Assembly: GCA_039588295.1 (NCBI GenBank)
Contig: JBDHAB010000001.1
Span: 96,001 to 160,000 of the forward strand
From: Gemmatimonadota bacterium
GTDB lineage: Bacteria > Gemmatimonadota > Gemmatimonadetes > Gemmatimonadales > GWC2-71-9
Reading direction: 5' to 3'
DNA length: 64,000 nt
The notes beneath the pieces were generated by a model. The model did not search any database and was not told the origin of the DNA. It was given only the letters and a program-made list of their open reading frames with translations. The first letter of the stretch is position 1. The number at the start of each line of letters is the position of its first letter. Below are positions 1 to 9,200 of this stretch, piece after piece. Position numbers and translations under genes: made by a program.

Positions 1-396
1 TCGATGGTCAAGCGTCTGCTGACGGTGCAGCACAGTGCCCATCCGTGGTCGATCGAACGATTGACGCCCCTGTGCGGAATCCTGCGCGAGCGTCTGCGGT
101 GTGCCCAACGGGGTGCCGTGGACCGTGATACCCTGAGTCTCCGGAGGCGACTGCTGCGACATGCCCGCCTGGTCGCCCGGCAACGAGACGCGGCCCTGAT
201 CGAGACGCTCGACCGCGTGCTGAACCGTGTGACGGCCGGGATCGGTGTCGGTGCGACACGGGAACTGACCGATCTCCTCACCATCCGCCCGCTGCGACCC
301 GGGCTCCACCGGTGGCTCCTGCAGCAGCCGGACAGAACCCGGGTCATCCCCGATTTCCACATCGAAGCGATAGTCCTGACGGAGCAGCCATCGTGA
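1..396 (+). CDS. C-terminal fragment of a hypothetical protein running in from the left edge
   Basis: Open frame from the window start to TGA at 394-396; no recognisable motif. Confidence 0.45.
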   Translation, partial: SMVKRLLTVQHSAHPWSIERLTPLCGILRERLRCAQRGAVDRDTLSLRRRLLRHARLVARQRDAALIETLDRVLNRVTAGIGVGATRELTDLLTIRPLRPGLHRWLLQQPDRTRVIPDFHIEAIVLTEQPS

Positions 397-473
397 CGAC
401 GGACACTTCCGTCGGGGCTGAGGACCCCACATCTTCGTGTCGATACAGCACGGTTCCCACTCGAGGTGCCGCT

Positions 474-1154
474 ATGTCTCTAGGATCGTCGATCGTCAGC
501 GCGCTCAAGCTCGAGCCGCGCGCCCACCGTCCGCCCCTGTCGCGGCGGTTCTGGTTCTATTCTCTCAGTGCATTCTTGATGCCGATCGTGGTGCAGCTCG
601 CCCTGCCCGAGGATCCGGGGCTCACGGACGAGTTGATTTGGCTCGTGACGCTCGTGCCGGCCTTCTTGCTATCGTTGCACTACGGAGTCTGGGGGGCATT
701 CCTCGCCCTGATAATGGGCACCGGGTTGTTCATCGTGGTCCAACTGGTGCTCGCCTTCAAGTTCACGCCGGACGACTGGCGCATTACCGTACCTGCCTAC
801 GTCGCGTTCGGAACGCTGGCGATCAGCGTCGGCTGGCTTTCGGAGCAACTGCACGGGTACTACAAACGAGTGCTCGACAGTGAGCGGATGGTTGCAGTCG
901 GGCAGCTCGCCGTTGCCGTGCAACACGAGCTCAACAATGCACTCACGGTTGTGGTTGCTGAGAGTCAGCTCCTGCGGGTGGAGCAGGCGAACCTGACATC
1001 GGAGCAGCGGGAGTCGATCACTGCGATCTACGAAGCCGCATCACGGATGTCTGAGCATGTCAAGAAGCTCGGCAAGCTGGCCGAGGCTCCCGTGGTGACC
1101 TACGACGGCGACATCAAGATGATCGACGTGAAGGGCGCGAAGGAGAAGGAGTAG
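474..1154 (+). CDS. Membrane protein with a HisKA (H-box) domain but no ATPase domain
   Basis: About 4 TM segments, then VGQLAVAVQHELNNAL H-box; ends ~65 aa later without N/G1/F/G2 boxes; ATG 474 preceded by GAGG. Confidence 0.75.
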   Translation: MSLGSSIVSALKLEPRAHRPPLSRRFWFYSLSAFLMPIVVQLALPEDPGLTDELIWLVTLVPAFLLSLHYGVWGAFLALIMGTGLFIVVQLVLAFKFTPDDWRITVPAYVAFGTLAISVGWLSEQLHGYYKRVLDSERMVAVGQLAVAVQHELNNALTVVVAESQLLRVEQANLTSEQRESITAIYEAASRMSEHVKKLGKLAEAPVVTYDGDIKMIDVKGAKEKE

Positions 1155-1162
1155 CCGCTGAG

Positions 1163-1852
1163 CTACTCTTCTGCCGAGTCTGGGATCTCCCCTTCGTCGT
1201 AGTAGTCCAGTTTGTGCAGTGGCATCACGACACTCGTCAAGATGTTGATGACGTGTGCGCTGATGCGCTTGTAGTACCGCGTTCCGAGCACCGCTGCGGT
1301 GGCGGCACTCGCACTGTAGCCGCTCCGAGCAATGCGATCGACCAACGCCTCGCAGCGGTGCGCCAGGTCGCGACCCTCCTGTATGAGTTCGCCGGCGCGC
1401 TCCCGGTCAGAGGTGGTGAACACCTCAGCCGTAACGGCAAATGCCGCCTCAACGGCCACGCGGATCTCACGGAGCTCGGCCATGATCTCGTCATCGGGCA
1501 GCGACCCGAAATGATACTCCATCACCTCTGAGAGGTTCTTGGCGTAGTCGCCGATTCGCTCGACATCTTTCACCAGGCTCATCAGCAAGAGGCAGTAGGG
1601 AAGCGACGCGGTGTTCCCGGACAGCGAGAGGTGCGCAATCACCTGCTTCCGGATCACCCGTTCCAACTTGTTGACCCGAACGTCGGTCTTGTAGATCGCA
1701 GTCCGCTCTTCCGGTGATGCATCCATGCGGAAGAATATCTCACCAGCCCGCAGCGTGAGATCATACGCGAGGCTCAGCATATCGGCGAAGTTGTCGCCCA
1801 TCTTACTGAGTGGCTCGCCCGAACGGAAAATGCTGAGCAATTCGCGAAGCAT
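1163..1852 (-). CDS. phoU: PhoU-domain protein
   Basis: VNKLERVIRK...KDVERIGDYAKN and second repeat YKRISAHVIN; next to a Na/Pi symporter. Confidence 0.8.
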   Translation of the reverse strand: MLRELLSIFRSGEPLSKMGDNFADMLSLAYDLTLRAGEIFFRMDASPEERTAIYKTDVRVNKLERVIRKQVIAHLSLSGNTASLPYCLLLMSLVKDVERIGDYAKNLSEVMEYHFGSLPDDEIMAELREIRVAVEAAFAVTAEVFTTSDRERAGELIQEGRDLAHRCEALVDRIARSGYSASAATAAVLGTRYYKRISAHVINILTSVVMPLHKLDYYDEGEIPDSAEE

Positions 1853-1865
1853 AGCGCCTCCGCCA

Positions 1866-2978
1866 CTACCTCATGAACTGATGAAGAGCTGCAAACACCG
1901 CCGGCAGCCCGTAGAACAAGACAAGCACGTAAAGCAAGGCCCAGAGACGCGACTTGACCGCCACATCGCCCAGCCACCGCGCTGCACTCAAGGGAAGTTC
2001 ACGTATCGCCCTCACCGGGAAGATGAGCATGGTTGCCGACATGTTGAAGAGGAGGTGCACCAGCGCGATCGTGATTCCCGCTCTCGCATTGGCGCCGGTT
2101 GCCGCCAGCGCCGCCATCAGGGCCGTGACGGTCGTCCCGATATTGGCGCCGACCGTGATGGGAAACGCCTGGTGCAGCGTGAGGAGTCCGGCTCCGGCAA
2201 GTGGCACGAGCAAGGACGTCGTGATCGAGCTGGACTGCACCAGCGTGGTCACCAAGATCCCCACGAGGATCGCGTAGACAGGCGAACGATGAAGCCCGCG
2301 TGACACGATGACCTCGACGCGGCTGCGCATCGCCCTGCGCATCACACGCACGAGCAGCACGAGCGCCGCGAAGATGAGCACGGTGCTCAACAGGATGAGC
2401 ACGACCGCTGCCAGCTGTCCGCTGCCGACGACCCATTCGATGACCTGCTTGATCGGTTTCAGGGCGGCTTTGAGCAATCCCTTGATGGGACTGTCGTACT
2501 CCACTCCGCTCACCTCCGTCAACGCGGAGGAGAGCGCTATCGCCGTCTTGCGGAGGTACCCCGTGAGGAGTTCGAGCGGCAGCAAGGTGACCACCGCGAG
2601 ATAGTTGAAGAAATCGTGACAGGTCGCCACCGAGAATGCTCGCCGGAATTCCTCTTTGCGACCCATATGGGCGAGCGCCACGATCGTATTCGTCACCGTC
2701 GTGCCGATGTTGGCCCCCATGATCATGGGCACGGCGTTCGCAACGGGCAGTGGATTCTCTGGCGCAGCCACCAACCCAACGATCAGCGACGTCGTCACCG
2801 ACGAGCTCTGCATCAGCGTGGTAGCAAGCAGACCGACCATGAGCCCCATAAACGGGTTCTCGGTCGCGGTGAAGAATGAATCGAGCAGATTCTCACCAAG
2901 CGACTTGAACCCGTCACCCAGCCCGTTCACTCCCAGGAGGAAGACGAAGAGCAGCAACACCACCGTCAACACACGCAT
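1866..2978 (-). CDS. Na+/phosphate symporter (NptA/NaPi-II family); start approximate
   Basis: Two QSSS motifs and two GANIGTT motifs; multi-TM. Confidence 0.9.
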   Translation of the reverse strand: MRVLTVVLLLFVFLLGVNGLGDGFKSLGENLLDSFFTATENPFMGLMVGLLATTLMQSSSVTTSLIVGLVAAPENPLPVANAVPMIMGANIGTTVTNTIVALAHMGRKEEFRRAFSVATCHDFFNYLAVVTLLPLELLTGYLRKTAIALSSALTEVSGVEYDSPIKGLLKAALKPIKQVIEWVVGSGQLAAVVLILLSTVLIFAALVLLVRVMRRAMRSRVEVIVSRGLHRSPVYAILVGILVTTLVQSSSITTSLLVPLAGAGLLTLHQAFPITVGANIGTTVTALMAALAATGANARAGITIALVHLLFNMSATMLIFPVRAIRELPLSAARWLGDVAVKSRLWALLYVLVLFYGLPAVFAALHQFMR

Positions 2979-3128
2979 AAAGGGATGCGTGAGAAGAGAC
3001 GGTACGCGCTTGGCAATGGGGGGGATGGTAAGACTCAAAGGAGTTCGATCCGTTCCCAGGTAGTGGAGGAGACCGCACCCAAGCCAAACCGGCAGGCAAT
3101 GTCGTACACCGAACAGCGATAGGCAACC

Positions 3129-3155
3129 GTGACGCGGCGGTGACACGACTGTGAG
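3129..3155 (-). promoter_or_regulatory. Putative Pho box upstream of the symporter-phoU operon
   Basis: Minus strand CTCAC-N6-GTCAC-N6-GTCAC, 11-bp period, resembling the PhoB CTGTCA(T/C) direct repeat. Confidence 0.6.
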
Positions 3156-3224
3156 TGCTCCCGTCTGCTGGGGTCCTCATTTCTCCTGCACACGATGGCT
3201 GTGCAACCGAGGCGCCCCATGGGC

Positions 3225-3281
3225 TTGCGAGCGATAATTTTCGGGGTATATTCGGGTTATATGCCCGAAGATATCCCGAAA
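3225..3281 (+). promoter_or_regulatory. Sigma70-like promoter overlapped by a 4-half-site palindromic operator
   Basis: TTGCGA (3225-3230)-N16-TATATT (3247-3252); TTCGGG at 3240 and 3251, CCCGAA at 3264 and 3275. Confidence 0.65.
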
Positions 3282-3452
3282 GTGGGTCCGGCTCAGAGCT
3301 CGAAAGTGGTTACTACACAAGAGGTTCCGGAGTTCGAGCAGCGGGCCCAACTGGTCAGCCCCTGGTCCGCTTGCCCGGACTGCGGCACCTTGGTGTTTCA
3401 CGCTTCCGCCTGCGCATTCTGCCCGACCTGTGGGTGGGGGAGGTGCGGGTGA
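3261..3452 (+). CDS. Small Zn-ribbon protein (63 aa)
   Basis: CPDCG-x7-C-x2-CPTCGWGRCG; its TGA overlaps the GTG of the next gene (GTGA); ATG lies 8 nt after a -10-like hexamer. Confidence 0.65.
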   Translation: MPEDIPKVGPAQSSKVVTTQEVPEFEQRAQLVSPWSACPDCGTLVFHASACAFCPTCGWGRCG

Positions 3453-4495
3453 CGGGACCGGGTGTCCGGCTGCCCGTCCTCGACGAGCGACGACGTGGTA
3501 CCAAGTTCGTCGAGCTAGCGGTCAAGTCCGTCATCAACGCACCGGAATCCACCGGGATGGGGTTCTGGTCACTCAACCCGTATGTCGGTTGTGAGTTCGG
3601 GTGCTCGTATTGCTATGCCCGATACGCACACCGTTACGTGGTGGAACGAGCACGAGACGCGGGACGTATCGACGAGCGGCAGTTCGTGGACCTCGGTGCG
3701 CCGTATGGGTTGGAGTCGTTCGAGCATCGCATCTTGATCAAGTCACGCACGACGGTTCTCCAGGCGCTCGCGCGCGACCTGCCCCGCATTCAACGACGCG
3801 CCTTGCGTGATGGAACCCAGAATATCGTCATCGGAACCGCGACGGATCCCTATCAGCCAGCTGAGCGTCAGTACCAGATCACCCGCGCCATACTCGCACG
3901 ACTGCGTGAGGAACACGACTTCCGCGTGGGGATCATTACCAAGAGCCCACTCATCTGTCGGGACCTCGATCTGCTACAAGTGCTTGCGCAGCGCCATTTT
4001 CTCTCGGTCTACATCTCGCTGGTCAGCGTGGACATCCAGGTGATCAAGCTCTTTGAGGCCCGCTCACCGCTGCCGCATGCACGGCTGCGCGCACTGCGCC
4101 AACTCTCGGATGCCGGTATCCGCGCCGGTCTCATCGTCGCACCGACCCTCCCCGGCATCACGGATTCCACACAACGGATCCACGCGCTCGTGCGTGCGGG
4201 AAGCGATGCCGGTGCCAGGTTCATCTCTCCGGTGCCGCTGCGGCTCTACCCCGATGTGCAACGACGTTTTCTACCCATCGTCGAACGACACTTTCCCGAC
4301 CTCGCCAAGCGCTACCAGGCAGCATATCAAAACGGTTGGGATGCACCCGAAGCATATCTCCAGGCGGTACGACAGCGCTTCCGTCGCATCGCGCGCGCCT
4401 ACGGGATCCCGGAGACGGACGGTGAGGCAGAACAACCGGTCCGTCAGGAACCGCGTGCCGACACGCAGTTGTGCTTGTTCGCGCGAACGGCTTAG
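3449..4495 (+). CDS. Radical SAM protein, SplB/Rv2578c-like DNA-repair family
   Basis: LNPYVGCEFGCSYCYAR (CxxxCxxC), GTATDPYQPAE, IITKS; GTG at 3449 after GGGAGG; C-terminal QLCLF. Confidence 0.9.
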   Translation: MTGPGVRLPVLDERRRGTKFVELAVKSVINAPESTGMGFWSLNPYVGCEFGCSYCYARYAHRYVVERARDAGRIDERQFVDLGAPYGLESFEHRILIKSRTTVLQALARDLPRIQRRALRDGTQNIVIGTATDPYQPAERQYQITRAILARLREEHDFRVGIITKSPLICRDLDLLQVLAQRHFLSVYISLVSVDIQVIKLFEARSPLPHARLRALRQLSDAGIRAGLIVAPTLPGITDSTQRIHALVRAGSDAGARFISPVPLRLYPDVQRRFLPIVERHFPDLAKRYQAAYQNGWDAPEAYLQAVRQRFRRIARAYGIPETDGEAEQPVRQEPRADTQLCLFARTA

Positions 4496-4510
4496 AAGGG
4501 AATTGATGAG

Positions 4511-5839
4511 GTGACGACGGCGGTGCAGCACACCAGCAAATCACCGCGGCGATCCCGCACGCGAGCGCCGAAGCTCGTACCAGACCATGCTCGGCACGAA
4601 AACGGCCGCAAGGTGCTCAATAGCGAGCGTGCGGTCTGTGTCTGGATTCCGCTCTTTCCACTTCGGTGTGAAGAGCGACGACGACCCGACTTAGGTGGCA
4701 AGCCCACGGCCCTGCTTTCGCCGGACGATACCCGCCGTCTCCAGCTGGTGTCCTCCATCGCACGGCGCGCCGGTGTGCGACCCGGCATGACCGTGAGCCA
4801 GGGCATCGCCCTCTGTCCCTCGCTCGTCCTCTGCGAGCCCGATCCGGTTCATTACGACGAGGAATTCACCCGGCTGCTGCTGCTGTTGGAGAGCGTGAGC
4901 CCCGTGATTGAGCCGGCCGAGTTGGGACGTGTGTACGTAGGCGTCGATGGGCTGGAGGGATTGTACGGAGAACCCGAGAAGCAATGCCGGACAATTCTCG
5001 GAAGACTCGAGAAAGAAGGAAGAAGGGGGAACCCAGCACGGATTGGTTGGGGGCGTGGCAAGTTCGTTTCGTGGGTTGCTGCAACGCGTGCTCGGCCCGG
5101 AGCCGCCGTGGTCATTCGGGACGACGAACGCACCACGTTTCTCGCCACACAACCGGTGGCTGTCCTGCCTCTGAGCTCCGATACCCATCGTCGGTTGTGG
5201 CAGTTGGGACTTCACACCCTTGCTGACATCGCTCGGCTGCCGGAAACAGCAATCATTTCACAGTTCGGGGCAGAGGGACGCCGTGCTTGGCAATTGGCTG
5301 CCGGAGTGGTCACGGATCCGGTCACCGGACGGGAGCGTCCCCAACCGATCGCCATGGCGCTCGATTTCCCCACTCCCGTCGCCGATCGCCAGATGCTCGT
5401 CCACGCCTTGGGCAAACTGCTCGAGCGCGCCCTCGGTCATCCGCGGCGCATCGGATGGCGAGTACAGACAGTACGTGTGCGTGCAACGCTCGAGCACGGT
5501 GCTTCCTGGCTGACCGAGATCACACTTAAAGAACCGTCTGCCGATCGAGTCCGCATCGTTGCCCCCCTCAACGCGCGCTTGGAGCAGGTGCCGCCAACCG
5601 GGGCAGTGGAGCATCTCGCGGTGGAATTCACCGCGTTCGCCCGTGGCACCGATGAGCTGCAGCTCTTTGCACGGGATGCTTCGAGCGCCGCCCGAGCAGG
5701 CCGACGACAGGCACTCCACGCCGCCGCACACGAAATCCAGGGTCGCTTCAAGCGCTCACTCTTATATCACGTCGTCGAGGTGCAACCATGGTCGCGCATT
5801 CCCGAACGCCGCTACGCGTTGATCGACTTCGAGCCCTGA
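4511..5839 (+). CDS. imuB: ImuB-like inactive Y-family polymerase
   Basis: ARRAGVRPGMTVSQG...LCP Y-family signature; catalytic acidic motifs degenerate (VWIPLF, EPAELG); ELQLF; ends SRIPERRYAL. Confidence 0.8.
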   Translation: MTTAVQHTSKSPRRSRTRAPKLVPDHARHENGRKVLNSERAVCVWIPLFPLRCEERRRPDLGGKPTALLSPDDTRRLQLVSSIARRAGVRPGMTVSQGIALCPSLVLCEPDPVHYDEEFTRLLLLLESVSPVIEPAELGRVYVGVDGLEGLYGEPEKQCRTILGRLEKEGRRGNPARIGWGRGKFVSWVAATRARPGAAVVIRDDERTTFLATQPVAVLPLSSDTHRRLWQLGLHTLADIARLPETAIISQFGAEGRRAWQLAAGVVTDPVTGRERPQPIAMALDFPTPVADRQMLVHALGKLLERALGHPRRIGWRVQTVRVRATLEHGASWLTEITLKEPSADRVRIVAPLNARLEQVPPTGAVEHLAVEFTAFARGTDELQLFARDASSAARAGRRQALHAAAHEIQGRFKRSLLYHVVEVQPWSRIPERRYALIDFEP

Positions 5840-6147
5840 ACATTCCTCGACCGGTAACGGTGGAGACGGACGATCGAGGCAGGCCGGTCACGGTCGAGGA
5901 TGCAGCTGATGAAGGACTTCTCGAGGAAGGAGAACTGTTTGAAGAGCGGTCAACAGCGTCCGCACAGCGTCAGTTGCCAGCCCGCACACGGCGGGTTGAC
6001 GAGGTCCTCGAGTTCTGGCGGATCGACGATGAATGGTGGCGCACACCAATCGTCCGCCGATACGTCGAGGTCGTCCTCCAGGGAGGTGGACACGTGGTGT
6101 TGTTTGAAGACCTGACCACCGGGCAATGGTTCTTGCAGCAACCGTAG
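5788..6147 (+). CDS. Small protein typically found between imuB and dnaE2 (DUF6504-like)
   Basis: LNIPRPV...WRIDDEWWR...GQWFLQ; resembles the ImuB C-terminal module encoded separately. Confidence 0.7.
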   Translation: MVAHSRTPLRVDRLRALNIPRPVTVETDDRGRPVTVEDAADEGLLEEGELFEERSTASAQRQLPARTRRVDEVLEFWRIDDEWWRTPIVRRYVEVVLQGGGHVVLFEDLTTGQWFLQQP

Positions 6148-6235
6148 CGGCCGCCCCTCGAGGTGCCACGGCAATCATGCATTCCGCACTACGTGCGTAA
6201 GACACCCGTCACCTCATACAGCCACCGCAAATCCC

Positions 6236-9200
6236 ATGTACGTCGAGCTACACTGTCACTCCGCGTTCTCATTCCTCGATGGCGCCTCGTTACCGGAGCA
6301 ACTCGTGCTCGAGGCGGGGACAAAAGGCTATCCCGCAATCGCGCTCACCGATCATCATGGCCTCTATGGCTCCATGGCATTTGCCCAGGCGGCAAAACAT
6401 ATAGGCCTGCAGGCAATTACCGGCGCGGAGCTCACGCTTCTCAACGGATCCCACGTGACACTCCTCGCAGAAACACCTGAGGGATATGCGAACCTCTGCC
6501 GACTCATCACCGAGGCACACCTCGACCGGGAGGACCGGCGTGATCCGCGGCTCGACCTCGCGTCGGTAGAAGCGCACCACGACGGCCTCCTCGTCCTTTC
6601 CGGATGCCGCAATGGACTTCTTCCCAGAATATTGCGCGACGAAGGATTGACGGCCGCTCGCCGGTTCGCCGAGCGTTGCCGAGCAGTATTCGGGCAGGAT
6701 CGCTTCTTTGTCGAGCTCCAGCGTAACGCGGTACGAGGCGACCAGAGTCTCACCCGCACGCTCGCAGGCATTGCCGATGACCAAGGACTCTCCGTAGTCG
6801 CCACCGGCAACGTCCACTACCACCGCCGGGAGCGGCACCGGTTGCACGATGCGCTCGTTGCTATCCGCCATCGAACGTCCCTGGACGGCTCACATGGCGT
6901 TCGACGGCCCAACAGCGAGTTTCACCTCCGTTTGCCGCGGGAAATGGCAGTACTGTTTCGCGATCGGCCTGACGCTATTGCAAACACGAAAGTCATCGCC
7001 GAGCGGTGTGCGGCCTTCGATTTGACGAAGGATCTGGGCTACAACTTCCCCGATTTTCACGGCGCGCAGCGTCAGGCCGCCCCTCGTGCGCTCGCCGAAT
7101 TGTGTCGCGTGAAGTTGGAGGAGCTCTACCCCACAGGATCGGTCCACCGAACGGAGGCGGAGCAGCGGCTGGAAGAGGAGCTACGACTGGTCGCCCACCA
7201 TGGACTATGTGGCTTCTTCCTCGTTTACCACGATCTCTTCGAACTCGCGCGTGATGTAGCAGCCGATGTGCGTCAGGGGACGCGTCGGGCGATGGGCAAC
7301 ATGCTACCCGGTCGGGGACGTGGCTCTTCGGTCTCGTCCATCATCTGTTACTTCCTCGGCCTGTCCCACATCGATCCCGTGGCCAATCGGCTCTTCCTCG
7401 GAAGATTTCTCAATGAAACCCTGGCGTCGGTCCCCGACATCGACCTCGACTTCCCGCGCGAGATTCGCGAGGAGCTGATCCGGCGGGTCTATCGACGCTA
7501 CGGCGACGAGTATACGGGACTCGTCTGCTCATTCCCGACCTATCGACTTCGGTCGGCCGTACGCGAACTCGGCAAGGCTCTCGATCTGCCAACCGGGGAA
7601 ATCGAGCAAATCGCCCGCCTGGCATCGCACCACTCCGCCGACGCGCTGCGAGAGGAACTGCCCACACTCCCTGGTTTCGCCGATCGCGTGAATGCACCGC
7701 TTTGGCGGGATCTGTGTGATCTCGCCGAGGAAATCGCCGGTCTACCACGACATATTTCACAACACGTCGGCGGTATGATCATTTCGAGCCGCCCGCTCGT
7801 GGAGATCGTTCCTCTCGAACGCTCGGCAATGCCGGATCGCGTCGTCTGCCAGTGGGACAAGGATTCCTGCGACGATGCGCGGTTCATCAAGATCGACTTC
7901 CTAGCACTTGGTATGCTCTCGCTCGTCGAAGAGTGCGTCGAGCTCATTGCACAGAAGAATGATGGAGCAGCGCCCGATCTCAGTCGCATCGATTTCGACG
8001 ACGGGGTGGTGTACGACCAAATCTGCTCGGGCGATACCGTCGGGCTCTTCCAGATCGAAAGTCGTGCGCAGATCCAAATGATCCGTCGTACACGCCCCCG
8101 TAATCTGGAAGATCTCTCCATCGAAGTTGCCATCGTCCGGCCGGGTCCCATCGTCGGTGGTGCGGTGAATCCCTACGTCCGTCGTCGCGAAGCACAACGG
8201 CAAGCACGGGAACGAGGTCTTCCGTACGATCCACCTGTCGACCATCCGCTCCTCAAGGAACCGCTTGGCGAGACGCTGGGCGTCATCGTCTATCAGGATC
8301 AAGTGCTCCAGGTCTGCCAGGCGTTTGCCGGCTTCACGGCCGGACAAGCGGAGGCCTTGCGACGCGCCATGAGCCGGCGCCGCTCGCGCGAGCTCATGGA
8401 AGATTTTTGGGGGGAGTTTCTCGACGGCGCGCGCGCTCGCGGCGCATCAGAAGCGACTGCGCGACGCGTCTTCGAGCAAGTTGTCGCGTTTTCAGAGTTC
8501 GGGTTTCCCAAATCCCATGCAGCGGCTTTCGGGCTTCTGGCATATCAATCGGCGTGGCTTCGATACTACCACCCAGTGGAGTACTACACTGGCCTGTTCA
8601 ACAACCAGCCAATGGGCTTCTACTCATTAGATGCACTGGGACGAGACGCAGCCCGACACGAGGTCGATGTCCATCTCCCGAACATCAACAAGAGCGACGT
8701 CTATTGCGTCGTTGAGGACGGCAGCATTCGAGTTGGACTGGGATTCATCCGCGACTGCGGTTGGGACGTTGCTGAAGAAGTTGTGCGCGAGCGAGCGCGC
8801 AATGGACCATTCCGCAGTCTCGGGAACCTCGTACGGCGGGCACCCTCCAAGCTCTCGCGTGATGTCATCGAAAATCTCGTGTGGGTGGGTGGGTGTGACG
8901 ATTTCGGCCTTACCCGTCGTGAATTGCTGTGGCAAGTCGGACTGTGGTTACCACCGAAAACCCAACGCCCCGAACGGACCCGCGTACGCCGACAGCTCGA
9001 GCTACCACTCACACACCCGTACGAGGATCTGCGTTTCGATACCGTTGCGGCCGACGAGAGATTGGTCGCGGAGTACCAGGTTCTAGGATTCGCGCCGAGT
9101 GGGCATCCGTTCATGGTGTTACGTGACACCTTGCCTTCGGGTGTCGTACGCAGCGATGCACTCGATCGACTGGACCATGGTGCCGAGCTTCAGGTTGCTG

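Noticed and set aside
3155..3448. 98-aa N-terminal extension of the radical SAM ORF
   Set aside because: It overlaps the promoter, operator and Zn-ribbon gene; SD plus GTG at 3449 is the better start
6163..6235. Upstream GTG ORF as a frameshifted N-terminus of dnaE2
   Set aside because: DnaE2 starts normally at MYVELHCHS; no slippery site or homology evidence
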